DNA of 41,260 nt from NCBI GenBank assembly GCA_013265495.1, contig MU058781.1, positions 6,060,118 to 6,101,377 of the forward strand, written 5' to 3'. Made by a program: the position numbers and the translations under genes. Numbering within the stretch: the stretch's first letter is position 1; each line of letters begins with the position of its first letter. Below are positions 1-11,768 of this stretch, one piece after another. The notes under the pieces were generated by a model that saw only the letters and a list, made by a program, of their open reading frames with translations, was not told the origin of the DNA and searched no databases. The DNA comes from Vicugna vicugna (taxonomy: Eukaryota).

Positions 1-19
1 GAAGAGATGATGGGTAAGA

Positions 20-230
20 ATGACCTGGCTCCGTCTACTTCTTCAACTCATCTAATTCCTCTCTCTCCCGCTCACTATACTCTAAGCCACAATGGCTTCT
101 CTTTTGTGTGTGTCTGTGTTCTTCTAATATGCTCTTTCTTGGTTCAGAGCCTTTACTCTTGCTGCCCCCTTTGCCAGGAGTACTGCTGCTCTTGGCTTGG
201 CTGATTCCTTCTCACTCTTTATTCACAGGG
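20..230 (+). mobile_element. L2 LINE 3' region fragment
   Basis: 'gacctggctccgtctacttc...ccgctcactatactctaagccacaatggcttct...cagagcctttactcttgctgcccc' follows the L2 3' consensus pattern (ctcactctgctccagccacactggcc...cagggcctttgcacttgctgttccc). Confidence 0.65.
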
Positions 231-1590
231 ACTACGCCTTAGACTTCTGATTTCTGACATCATTCATGTACTTAATAAAATTAACTATGCATCTGAAAGC
301 CCAGGATCAGAAGTATAACCTTCTCCGTCTGCCGGCCTTCAGCTGTGCTTCTGACAGTGGCAGATCCTGGACGTGCAAAATTGCATAAGACATCTTTTTT
401 CCTGAGACACACACAGCCTTATGGGGGGGAAACAGGTAACTGCAGGCCCAGAAATAGGGAGCTATTTCCTTTAAATCAGGGTTTAGGAAGTATGCGTCCC
501 AGTTGCAAAAAGGGTCCATCAGGCCATGTATCCATTTGTCACTCTTGACAGTCTCTCCTATAATCCACTGGGCAGAGAACTGTTCTGAATTCTAGCTAAT
601 GACTCCATGCCCATTGCCAGAGTGTGTAAAAGTTTTCAAAGGAAACTAAATTTTCAGTTAAGCTTGAGGAAAAGTATGTTACCACCACCTGTTGTATCTC
701 TTGGTTTATGATCAGGAAGATAAACCCATTGGTTCACTTGGGTCTTATTGAAGCCACAGGAAACAAGCTGTTGGCTACTCATTAAGCTGGCTGCGCAGAG
801 ATGATGGCCTGAGGACCATTTTGCTGAATTATCAGAGGCAACTTGTGCTCTGAAAGCAGCCGAATTGGCCATGATTGCATGTTCCCTTTTTCTCTATCTC
901 AGCCTGGCTTTCCAATGTGGTTATCACCACTGGTTTGGACATACTGTGCTTTCTGAAGAGAAAAGGAAGAAACCTGGTGATGAGATGACCTGGGGGAGTC
1001 TGGCAGGAAGATGAGGTGGTCCAGTTTCCTCAACATAGTCATCTTATACTGATATTAAATGTCACTGTGGTCAGAACGGTCATCTAACACTTCTACAAAA
1101 TGAGTCTATGTAGATAACCCCTCTCTGCTGGGCAATCACAGTGAATTGTGGGACAAAAAGGACGCACACATACCTGAACAGAATGCATTTACTTACTGTT
1201 ATTTGCAAGAGTGAAAAACAGGAGGAATGTGGGTAAGCAAATTCCACCCTCATTTCTTTAAACGTTTCTATGTCCTCTACTGGGCCTTTGACAAACAGAA
1301 AATATCTCTATCCTTTCATACTTTTCTCTCTTTGTCTTACTCAGCCCACTCCCTGGTACACTTGAAGGGATGGCCATGGGGAAGAGGGAGAAATTCACTG
1401 TCTTGGATAATTCCTAAGATGAATATTTAGAGCTAAAATTGTCAGCTAGTTGTCTTGGCTTTTCTTCTTTCGTGTCTTCCTTTCGTCACCCCCAATTCAC
1501 CCATCTCATGTGTGCCCTGCTCGTTATTGCTTGCTGCCAACCCGAGTCTGAGGTCTTCCAGCCTTTAGCCTCCTGTCTTTTAATACACAC

Positions 1591-1921
1591 ATGTAACAGG
1601 AACAATTAGTGCTCACTAAATACTCCCTGCACTGTCCTGTATTCCCAACCTCCCTTGAGTTAGATTGGAGCCTCATGACTGGTTCTGACCAACGGATTGG
1701 GAACGAAAGTGATAGGTGAAACTTCTGGGCTCAGGCTGTTAACAGCTCAATGTCTCTTCTATCCCTCTCTCCCACTGGACAACACACATTCCAGATGACA
1801 GAGCTTCAAGAGGAAATTATATCACATTTTATATAAGAAAGAAACAAGCCTTTATTGTACTCAATCTCTGAGAGACAGGAATTTGTCTGTTGCTGCAGTT
1901 AGCTTTAATTATTCTAATAAA
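1591..1921 (+). mobile_element. Old MaLR solo LTR (MLT1H/I/J-like)
   Basis: Starts with TGT. Contains 'catgactggttctgaccaacggattgggaacgaaagtga' (MLT1 core) and ends 'gaaacaagcctttattgt...ctgagagacaggaatttgtctgttgctgcagttagc'. Confidence 0.7.
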
Positions 1922-2649
1922 CGCCATAACTGAAAGCAATATTTTCAGCTCTTATGTGTTTTAAAACTTATTTTAAAATACTGTTTTTTGGAAGCACATT
2001 TAAAGGACTTTAAAAATGTAAAGCAGGTCAGCAATAATTACTGCACAGCCATAGCAGCAGCATAATTATGTCTTGTAATATCTACAAATGCATCCACTCT
2101 TATTATTATTGTACTCTTTTCTGTATGCCCTTCAACACTGTTCTTGCTTGAAAAAATTGTTTTTTATCTGGCCAGGTTCTCCTCTAGACTTAATGGGGAC
2201 ACCTTTGCATGTTTTAATACACATGCAACTTTTTGTGTGTGCCAGCCATATTATGCTATATATCTTAACACTTTCCCCCCCTAAATTGACTCCTATCTTT
2301 TTAACTTGGGGCTTCCAGGTGAAACAAGAAAGACAGGAGGAGAAACAGGAAGAGGGCTTCCGGAAAGGAGTGGTGGAAGAGGATGGCTTGTTCGTGAATT
2401 TAAGGTATATATGGGATATAGTGGCTACACCTCTTCATATTTAATGTAGCCAATTAGTGCTCTGTGCTGTATTTCTTGACCTGGTAAGTTCAATAGTCTT
2501 CTACAGGCACTGCTGCTATGATAGCACATGTTTTTGGTTAAAGCACATATAGATGCTATCTAAGGATCAAACATGCAATAGTGTTTGTGGTGTCCCAGGA
2601 TGCACCTAACCTATAGTCCAAGGTCCATATACATTACATCAAATTCTTA

Positions 2650-2935
2650 TTCCAGCCTTTCCCAAACTCTCCAGTCCCACCACTGTCATGTTCAGAAGAG
2701 TAAACTTCCATTACTACTACTTTCTCCCATCTTTGCTCATGTGATCCACTCTGGTGTTAATACCCTACTTCTTTTGTCTTTTTTACATTCCCTCTTCTCC
2801 CTCTCTCTCCAACAGGCCAATTTTCTACCTACATTTTAGGATCCAGCTCAAGTATCACCTCCTCCACAAAGCTTTCCCTAACTTTCTCATCAGCTCCCAG
2901 AGCATCCTGTGCTTATTTCTAGCATAGCACATATC
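2650..2935 (+). mobile_element. L2 LINE fragment
   Basis: 'ctttgctcatgtgatccactctgg' and 'ccagctcaagtatcacctcctccacaaagctttcccta...atagcac' match the L2 3' consensus. Confidence 0.6.
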
Positions 2936-2936
2936 C

Positions 2937-3277
2937 AAGTATAATTCACTGGGTTTCAGTATATTCATGGATATGTGCAACCATCACTACCATTTTTTAG
3001 ACTATACTGTTCACCTCTAAAAGAAATCCCCTGCACTTTAGTTATCATTCCCCCATCCTCCCATCCCACACCCTCCCTTCAGCCTTAAGGAACCACTAAT
3101 CTACTTTCTGTCTCTATAGATTTGCTTCCTCTGGACATTTCATACAAGTGGAATCAAATAATACTGTGAATGGCTTCTTTCACTCAGCATAGTGTTTCCA
3201 AGGTTCATCCATGTTGTCGCATGTATCAGTACTTCATTCTTTTTTATTGCTGAATAATATTCCATTGTATGGATAGC
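2937..3277 (-). mobile_element. L1MB-type LINE-1 3' UTR fragment
   Basis: 'tgtgcaaccatcactac', 'aaccactaatctactttctgtctctatagatttgc...ctggacatttcat' and 'ttgctgaataatattccattgtatgg' are reverse-strand L1MB 3' end hallmarks. Confidence 0.85.
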
Positions 3278-3581
3278 AAATTTCTGGATGAGGTTAACAT
3301 TTGAATCAGTAGATTGAGTAAAGCAGATTGCCCTCCCTAATGTGGGTGGGCCTCATCCAATTAGTTGAAGGCCTGAAGAGAACAAAAGGCTGACCTTCCT
3401 TGTGGTAAGAGGGAATTCCTTCTGCCTGACTGCCTTTGAGGTTTTTTTTCTTGCCTTCAGACTCAAACTGGAACTACAATGTTGGCTTTCCTGGGTCTTC
3501 AGCTTACTGACTGCAGATCTTAGGATTTGTCAGACTCCATAATTACGTGAGCCAGTTCTTCATAATAAATCTTTCTTTCTT

Positions 3582-3613
<32 letters not shown>

Positions 3614-3709
3614 CCTACATACCTATCTACCTACTTACCTATCTATCATCTGTCCTCTATCTACTTGTCTCCTAGTGGTCTGTTTCTCTGGAGAACCCTG
3701 ACTAATACA
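3278..3709 (+). mobile_element. MLT2 (ERVL) solo LTR, 5'-truncated
   Basis: 'aacatttgaatcagtagattgagtaaagcagattgccctccctaatgtgggtgggcctcatccaa', the internal TCTA tract, and the canonical end 'ctgtttctctggagaaccctgactaataca'. Confidence 0.88.
3582..3613 (+). repeat. (TCTA)8 microsatellite within MLT2
   Basis: Read directly; degenerate CTAC/TATC units continue to ~3662. Confidence 0.95.
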
Positions 3710-5488
3710 AGAAGGAATATGACAAGAACTAACATTCTTAACATGTTTAGATATGTCAAGATGAACATTCTTGGCATGTATGGAATTTCATGACACTGTC
3801 TCTTTTAGTTACCATAGTTCTAAAATTAGCATCCTCATTCTATGCATTGTCTCTTTTGAATCATTAAGTTAGAATATACAAATATTTTCTGTATCTCTTT
3901 TTTTTAAAAAGACCCCCTTTCAAATCAATTACTCCTTGATTATCCAAGTGAAATTAGTGATACTCATATGCAGTATTGTTTACTTCAAGTCTATCTGCAA
4001 AACATGTACAGTTAAAAAATATACATAGTGTAGATGAGTATTTGTGGGAAGCACATTTTAAGTTTTGCTTATCAACCCGACTTCTGGAGAGTTAAACTGG
4101 TTTTGTTTTAAAAATAATCTTCCCCAAAGCTTTGAGAAATCACAATAAAACGGCAGTTGAGAGAGTGGCATTTTTATATTACGTGCTTCAGTAAATGAAA
4201 TTCTCAGCCGAATAATTTCTAATCTGCATTACCATGCACCCCCCTCTTTTTTTTTCTCTCTCTCTCTTTTGTATTACATTCACACAGATCCTATTATCTG
4301 ATCTGACAGAGATCATGTTTAGAGTACACAAAACTTCCCTGGAGGGTTTTCCATTTAAAGCAAAAGAGCCAGCTCAACAGCACTTCAGTGCAATGCTCTA
4401 GAAAGATGCAAAGCCTACATTCAACTTCCACTGTGGGAGACTGTATGGCATTCATCTGCTCACCAGTCTCAGTTCAAACTCAGCAGTAAGACTGAGCCAA
4501 GAACTGGGAACTGGCTTCTGAGAACATCAGGGAAACAACAGCCTTTGCTCGACCATCTATTTTTTGCCCAGTTTTAACACTGAAGGGCTTAGGAAGAGAA
4601 CTGACAACATTTCCCACACGAAGCTTATTCAGTGTTTCTGTGTTGCTACAATTAAGCATTTCAGAAGCATATGTGCTGCCTTTCGGTTCAAACCCAATCG
4701 TCCGCTCTGACAGGTCACAGACAAAAACCAGGATAATGACATTCTATCTTGATCACAGGATCCAGACATACCAGTCTGGTGTAGATCAGAAAAGAAAACA
4801 ACCATCCAAATGCTGATTTAATTCCTTTTCCCTCAAATATTGAGTTCATATTGAAATTGAGCATACCAAGTGTGAATTTTGCTAAGAATAGCACTCTTAG
4901 TGTTATATGAAATCTGCAAATTTCCTTCAGGTAATTGTAAAGTCCTAACGTATTATGGCCCATGTTCATTTCTTTTTCTCTACATTCAGATGCTGGCTTG
5001 TACATTATCCTATCTATCCAGACAAAGTGAAGGGGATAGCTAAGGAGATTATCTAGGTATTTTGAAAATTTAAGGAAAAATGACTTTCAAAGATCCCGAA
5101 AATTGAGAGGAGTGGTGTAACTTATTTTGACTAAGTGCACAATCTCAATTAGCTTGAGCAGCCCCTTGGCTCTCCCTTTTCTTTTTGTGCTGGAGCCATC
5201 TAAAGTTATCAATAATCTAGTTTGTATGGTCCCATTCAAGACATGGTGAGACCAAGTTCCCTCTGGAGCCAGGGATGAAAAGGGAATCATGCATTCTCAG
5301 GCACTGCAGTGCCGTAACTTCTTCCCATTGCCCAGATGTGGGTCTCATTCGGTAACTCCCATGAGGATAGAAGCTTGGAGGACATGATAATTCAATGCCT
5401 ACTTTCAATTTCTGGCTAGCTCTTCTGCCCTGAACCCCTGTCAACTTTATCAGGTGGTCCTCTGCAAAGGAAAACATTTGAAGCACCA

Positions 5489-5940
5489 TGTGGTAGTTTG
5501 AATAATGGCCCCCAAAGATGTCTACCTGCTAAATCTCAGGACCTGTGAATGTGCTGCCTTACCTGGCAAAAGGGATTTTGCAGATGTGATTCAGTTAAGG
5601 ATCCTGAGATGAGAAGATTATCATGGATTATCCAGGTGGGTTTGCTGCAATCGCAGGGCCCTTATAAGAGGGAGTGGAGGGGGTCTGAGTCAAGGAAGGA
5701 GATAACATGATGAAAGCAGAGGGGGAACTGAGCGGGGCTCTGAATCAAGGACTTTGAGCAGCCTCTAAAAGCTGGCATAGTCAAGGAAACAGATCCTCCC
5801 TTACAGCCTCCTGAAGGAACATAGCCCTGCAGAACAATTTTAGGCTTCTGATCTCCAGGATTGTAAGCCAATGAATTTGTGTTGTTTTAAGGTACCGAGT
5901 TTGTGATAATTTGTTATAGCCGCCATAGAAAACTAATACA
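5489..5940 (+). mobile_element. MaLR solo LTR (MLT1C/MLT1D-like), near full length
   Basis: TG...CA termini: starts 'tgtggtagtttgaataatggcccccaaagatgtc' and ends 'aatttgttatagccgccatagaaaactaataca'. Internal 'gattttgcagatgtgattcagttaaggatcctgagatg'. Confidence 0.92.
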
Positions 5941-6059
5941 CTCTCCTTCTCCACTTTAGCCCTATAGAAAAAATAAACCTAATAAATCATCACTCCTTGC
6001 TGTCTTTCCCTTGACTTCTCAGAGCTAAACTCTTAAACAGGGTTACAAGCAGATCAGCC

Positions 6060-6170
6060 TTCCAAAATGGTATTTGTAATTTTGTGTCACATGTGTTTTT
6101 CTAAAAAAGGGAATCCATAGATTTCATCAGATTAGCAAAGAGATCTATGATCCCAAAATTAAAAATGTTA
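6060..6170. mobile_element. hAT-Charlie-type DNA transposon end fragment
   Basis: 'gggaatccatagatttcatcagattagcaaagagatctatgatcccaaaa' resembles the recurrent Charlie-derived MER end 'gggtccatagctttcatcagattctcaaaggggtccatgacccaaaa'. Subfamily not assigned. Confidence 0.45.
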
Positions 6171-7309
6171 CTCCAGATTGAGCATTCTCAACTTCACTGT
6201 TTAACCCCCAGAACACTGTGGGTGGAGTAAAACAAGAAGTATGAGAAAGAGAACTTTAAAAATATCTTTGTTCTTTCACATGTGGTCCTTCCTTCACTCC
6301 TAGGGATGAGGCTGGGTGGGGCTTTGCTCTAAAATGGTGTTCCTGTATGTTCTGTTGGTGTGGCTCCTGTTTTCTACACATGCCAAACTCTATTCCTCAA
6401 AAAGAGGCCTCACTGATCTCACTGGGCTTGGGGCTGGGTGATTCTGCTGTGCCTCTTACTGCTCCATTACTCACAGTGGCGGCGGTGGTGGTGACGGTGG
6501 TGGTGGACCATGGCGTCCAGATGGACAGAGCATCACTCAGTTATTCTACATGATCCTCAGCTGATGTCCTGGCTGTTACATGGAGTCTAAGGGCATCTCT
6601 GCGATGTGTAGCCCTTTCCCATACCTTTAAGGATGCGGGGAGGTAGCAGAAGGTACGTTGTCCAACCCCTAGACAGTGTATCACTAACGTAATCTCAAAC
6701 ACCAAGTGGGAGAAATGAGTTATACAGAAACAGAGATGAGGCATCATCTGAAGAGGGTTCCAGTCACTGTCAGTGTAAAGCAAAGCAGAGATGAAGTTTC
6801 TACTCTTCATTGTGTAGCAGTTGTTACTTTGGCTAAGATGAGTGTAATTCTGCTTTATTGTGATTCTTTGGTGCCTGCCAGGACATAGAGGCGCTGCTCA
6901 CTTTTACATCTGCTATACCTTTATGTAGTGACATGTGGGGAAATTGCTGTCTTATTTGTGTCAGACGGCCATTTTCCCCTAGAATACTTACTGTTACTCT
7001 GTATTTAATGAGTGCCCACTGGGTATTGGGCAAAGTCCAAGACACATTGACAATCCCTGCCCACACACATGCGTGTGCCAAAGCAAGCTGGCAGTTGGTG
7101 CTGGGATGTGCTTCCCTGACCATTGTGGATGGCATTCTTCTGAAACAAAGAGTGTCAACAGCAGCTCAGCTGTAGATTTCTCCTAAGAAAGCTGTTAAAG
7201 AAACTGAATGCATTTTGTTTGCTTAGCAGCAGATTATGAAAGAACCCATAACAATGACTTGACAGTACGTGTAAAAACATTACGGCTCCCAAGACCTTCA
7301 CATTGACTG

Positions 7310-7480
7310 TATCATTGATTCCTGCCATTTTTTGAGGTGCTCAGAGCAGATGTTACTATCTTCCCAAGGGTATGAGTCTCCAGGAAATGAAGGGACTTGT
7401 CCAAGGAGATCCGCCAGCAAATCACAAAGCCCAGAGTAGAACTCATCTATTCTGACTCTGGTTTCAGTGATTTCCCCTGC
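7310..7480 (-). mobile_element. MIR SINE
   Basis: 'aaatgaagggacttgtccaagg...cagagtagaactcatctattctgactct' matches the reverse-strand MIR core. Confidence 0.6.
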
Positions 7481-7830
7481 TACCCAGATATCACAGTGTC
7501 CCTCATCAGCTAAGGAACGTCAAGGAGAAATGACAAAATCTTATATTTCAATCCTGCTTTCCTTCATGCAATGGGAAAGCTTAGGGGAAAATCATTGAAA
7601 TTGTCTTTTCCATTACTAAAAACTTACTCCACACAATCTTTATGTGTACATCAGTAACTATTTACTGATGTTTGGATATCCATAAGGCAACTAGGTGAAT
7701 GCTCAGTTAAATAAAACTAAAATTCTCTGTGGCTGTGAATATCTTTGAAAAAGAGGACAACTTCTAAAGTTAAGAGTTTTGTTGTCAGGCATTAATTTGA
7801 TTTAAACATTTAGAATCACCTTCAGTTATA

Positions 7831-7862
<32 letters not shown>
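7831..7862 (+). repeat. (GT)n microsatellite
   Basis: Read directly; one interruption near the start. Confidence 0.95.
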
Positions 7863-7867
<5 letters not shown>

Positions 7868-9074
7868 CATCGAGTTCCCTAGAGCTCCAAAGAACATGAA
7901 TAAACATATGGACTGTTCTCTTACACCTACCCCACAAGTCTGAGTATTGAGGATTTATATAGTTAGAGACTATGTGGTGTAAATATGTATAAATTTATAT
8001 TGTGTTAATTTATGGCATGCGCTACAGAAGGCTGTTTGCAAGTTGCAGTGTACTTCTTCCCACGTTTCTGCTGAAATATTCATTTCTGGGTTCCATCCCC
8101 ATGTTTCCCTTTGTCTCCCCACAGATGTTTGGGCAGCTCGTTTTCAGGGGAGCAAATGCACCTTGGAAGTGTGCGTACTGAATGCAAGTCAGGTGAAGAA
8201 GACACGACCTCTGTCTGGTTTGGGCTGAAAGGTACTTGCCCTTTCTCTTGGGATCTGCTTGCTTCTGTTATGAAGACAATCGCCCCAGAACAGCCACATT
8301 CTGGGTGGCTCCTGTTCCCAGGACTGATGTTCATAAGGTCAAAAGAGCAGTTCTAAGTAGATGAGCAACATTTCATTATTTGTAAAAGGGTGGCGGGACC
8401 CTTGCACTTTGTGGCTCTTTGCCAAAGAAGCTGAATTTGTATACAAGAGGGGCCCTGACACAGTCCGTGTCTAGTTACTCACTGTTATGTTGAAGGCAGA
8501 AGGATGGTGAGAGATGACTGAAATTCACAGAGTGCTCACAGACCACACCTTATCTGACCTGCTCTTTCACCAGCTTAGGTTGTCAAAAAGTACTCTTATT
8601 GACTCATTTGAATTAATCATTGTCCTCTTTCCTGGTCCTCCCATGGGGAGGTATGCTAATGGATAGGGAATGGCAAGAAGAGGGAAAAAAACAAAGCACC
8701 AGAGTGAACAGTCTCTGGATGATCCAAAGCCGGCTGAAGATGGAAAGAGGTTTGAAGCACCTGTGAGCGTTTGGAGGCAAGGCAATCGCCTGCATGGACA
8801 ATATCTGCTCTCCAAATTTAGGGGAAATTAGTGTTCTTTGATTGTTGAACGACTTCTCCTCTGCCCTTAGAATGGTCCTGCTTATGACATCTGAGGACAG
8901 ATCGATCGAGGGAATAACGGAATCGTCTACCCTAGGGATTACACAAGGATTTGTTGATCAAAAGAACGGTGCTGCAGGTGTCTGTCAAGCGCGAAGAATT
9001 CTCTAGTCCTCATGATGATCCATTCAGGGCAAACCAACGTTTGTATAATACTTTAACGTTTTCCTTCAACTTTA

Positions 9075-9230
9075 TTTTTAACATGCATTGCCTCATCAAC
9101 TCCTCCCAACAATCTGGTAACATTCAAAGTTTTAACAGGGAAAGAAAGGAAATCGTAGGAAGTTAGAGTGAGTGTCCTAAGGTCACATAGTTGGAAAACA
9201 GTAATAGCTGGAAGTCATGCCATGGTCATT
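9075..9230 (-). mobile_element. MIR SINE
   Basis: 'acatgcattgcctcatcaactcctcccaacaatc...agtgagtgtcctaaggtcacatag' matches the reverse-strand MIR pattern. Confidence 0.55.
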
Positions 9231-9480
9231 TTTGCCAAGATGAGGTGCTGAGCTGGCGCGCTACCACTGTGAGTCAGGTGAGAAAAAAAAATCTACGTCT
9301 AAACTGTTTATTGAAATCTAAGTGGAGCCCACTCATCTGGTGCTCCTGCCATGTTTCCTCAGTGTCTTGACTTTCTCTGGACTTTATTATTCTCCACCAG
9401 CCACACCCAATGAGACTGTGGAGACACAAGTCCAGCTGGAAAATGAGGTTCATATCTGGTAGTAATAGAAAGTCAAAACA

Positions 9481-9691
9481 TAAGTTAGGAGTTTGGGATT
9501 AGCAGATACAAACTATTATGTACAGAATAAATAAACAACAGGGTCCTACTGTATAGCACAGGGAACATATTCAACAGCATGTAATAACCTACAATGAAAA
9601 AGAATATATATATTTGTAACTAAGTCACTGTGCTGCACACCAGAAACTAATACAACATTGTAAATCAACTATACATCAATTAAAAAAAAAA
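9481..9691 (+). mobile_element. Lineage-specific L1 3' end, heavily 5'-truncated, with 14-bp TSD
   Basis: Cetartiodactyl-type L1 tail 'ggagtttgggattagcagatacaaacta...gtcctactgtatagcacagggaac...acaacattgtaaatcaactatac' plus poly(A). Perfect direct repeat AGAAAGTCAAAACA at 9467-9480 and 9692-9705. Confidence 0.92.
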
Positions 9692-9849
9692 AGAAAGTCA
9701 AAACAACAAAAGTGTGTGGGGGTGGATTTGGGTCTTGGAGATGTTTAAGTTCCAGGGTAGAGTCTGAACTTCAGGTAATGAGAAGCCATAGAAAGATTTT
9801 GAGAAATAAGGAGCACCTGCTAGGACTTGATCATTTAGAAGGCCCTTCA

Positions 9850-10010
9850 CATACAATCGTTCAGCGAATCTGCCTAACAATCCTTCAAGGAAGTGACAAC
9901 ATTATGATCCTATTGTTACTTTTCAGAGAAGTGAGACTCAGAGAAGGCGCGATGGTAATAGACTGGGTAGCTAGTCAGTGATAAAACTGGGTCTCTGAGC
10001 TAAGCAGTAA
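9850..10010 (-). mobile_element. MIR SINE
   Basis: 'ctaacaatccttcaagg...ttttcagagaagtgagactcagagaag...agctagtcagtgataaaactggg'. Confidence 0.5.
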
Positions 10011-10811
10011 ATGATGCTTTCAGAAGTTTGATCAGGGAGAGGCTTGTAGTCTGTGGAATGTATTAAAAGGAGAGAAATATTTAAAAGCTCTTGCAGAAAC
10101 CCATGCAGCAGATTCTTTAAGTCAGAAACCTGAAAGCAAACATCAACTCCCAGGGCCATGGTGGGGATCACTGCTCATCTCCGGGGGAGGAAGACAAAGG
10201 GGTGGTCTCTTTATCTCAAAACCAGTTCCACTCATCTCTGTGTCTTTCTCTGCATCTGACAGATTTATGAGTAACTGACTTCATTTACCAAACAGTCTGA
10301 ACACAACGTAAAATTATGCTACTCATCTGAACTGAAAAATGTTCTCTATTTTCCAGAAGTCTCCAAGCACCATGTGTGAGAGAACACGACAGAATAGAAA
10401 CTGATTATGCAAAATGTGTGAGAGCCAACTGCAGCTCTTGGTGACATGTGGCAGCCTCCCTGGGAAGGGAGAGCCGCGGAACTCTGGGTGCCGGCTCAGG
10501 CTGCCTGCTGTGTGTCACAGGCTGAATGGCAGGAGAGGGTCAAAATAAGCTTGTGGGCTGTAGCTCATGGTCCTTTCAGGCACTCACATGCTTCTCATGC
10601 ATGCAGGAAGATGTCTCGAGAGACGACATTCAGCTGCAAATACTCCCATGGAGGTAAGGAGGGAAATGCCGTTAATTCTCCTTGTTTGTTTGTTTGATGC
10701 TATGTCCCAGGGTCCTGATTCTAGGTTTTGAAGATCCCTCTAAAGATATGAATATTCCATGAGAGACCCTCTCTCTCCATGTAAAAATTGCAAAAGCTCT
10801 TAAGAGAATTG

Positions 10812-11317
10812 AAATTGAGTTCTCCAGAGAAATTGAACCAATAGGATATCTGCCTATCTATCTATCTCTCTATCTAGTTATCTATTATAAGGAATTGCCT
10901 CATGCAATCATAGAGGCAGAGAAGTCGCAAGATCTGCCGTCAGCAAACTGGAGACCCAGGAGAGCTGATGGTGTGAGTTCTAGCCCCAAAGCTGGTAGGC
11001 TTCAAATCCAAGAAGATATGATGTTTCAGTTCATGTCTGAAGGCAGGGGGAAAAAAAACAAAAAACTGATGCCTTGCTGAAGGCATTTGGTTGAGAAGAG
11101 TTCCCTCTTGTTCTGCCTTCTGGTTCTATCAGGCTCCCTACTGACTGGATGAGCCTCTCCCCCAACCAGGAAGGGCAATCTGCTTTACTCAGACTACTGA
11201 TTCAAATGGAAATTTCATCCAGAAACATCCTCACAGAAACACCCAGAATAATGCTTGATCAATTATCTGGGTGTTCCATGGCCCAGTCAAGTTGACACAA
11301 AAAAATCAGCCATCACA
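10812..11317 (-). mobile_element. MLT2 (ERVL) solo LTR
   Basis: 'ttctccagagaaattgaaccaatagga', 'gcaaactggagacccaggagagctgatggtg', 'gggcaatctgctttactcag', and terminus 'ggcccagtcaagttgacaca...ccatcaca'. Confidence 0.9.
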
Positions 11318-11768
11318 AGAAATGGTCACGAGACTGGTTAGAGGGAGAAGGGGAAGACAAAGAGGATAAGAGCTTTTAAGCACCTGAGAATTCCAGACGG
11401 AGCAAAGAATCTGAAGAAAAGCCCCAATTTGCCTAGCAAAGCCGCTTTGCTCAGGGAGCTATCCAGGGTACTGGGCTGCTTCCACCTCTGGTTCTCCCTG
11501 ACCTGGAGACCAGATCCTTCTGTTTTGTACCTGACATCTAGCCTCTAGCCTGGACTTGGCTTCAGTTCTAATTCATTCCAGCTTCTTCCCTCGTCTGTGT
11601 TCAGCTGGACTTCACTGATCCCAGCAACAACCACTTGCAAGAATCAAGTTTAGTCTGGTTTTGATAACCAGTTGCACCCAAATGCTACTTTCACTGTGTT
11701 TTTTTAATAGGGACAGCTTGTTCCCTGAGTGTTTTCCAACCATAGTGGACATGCCCATGCATTTGCAG

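Noticed and set aside
6475..6510. GGC/GGT triplet run as a poly-Gly or poly-His coding segment
   Set aside because: It is a short degenerate trinucleotide tract without convincing exon boundaries or protein similarity.
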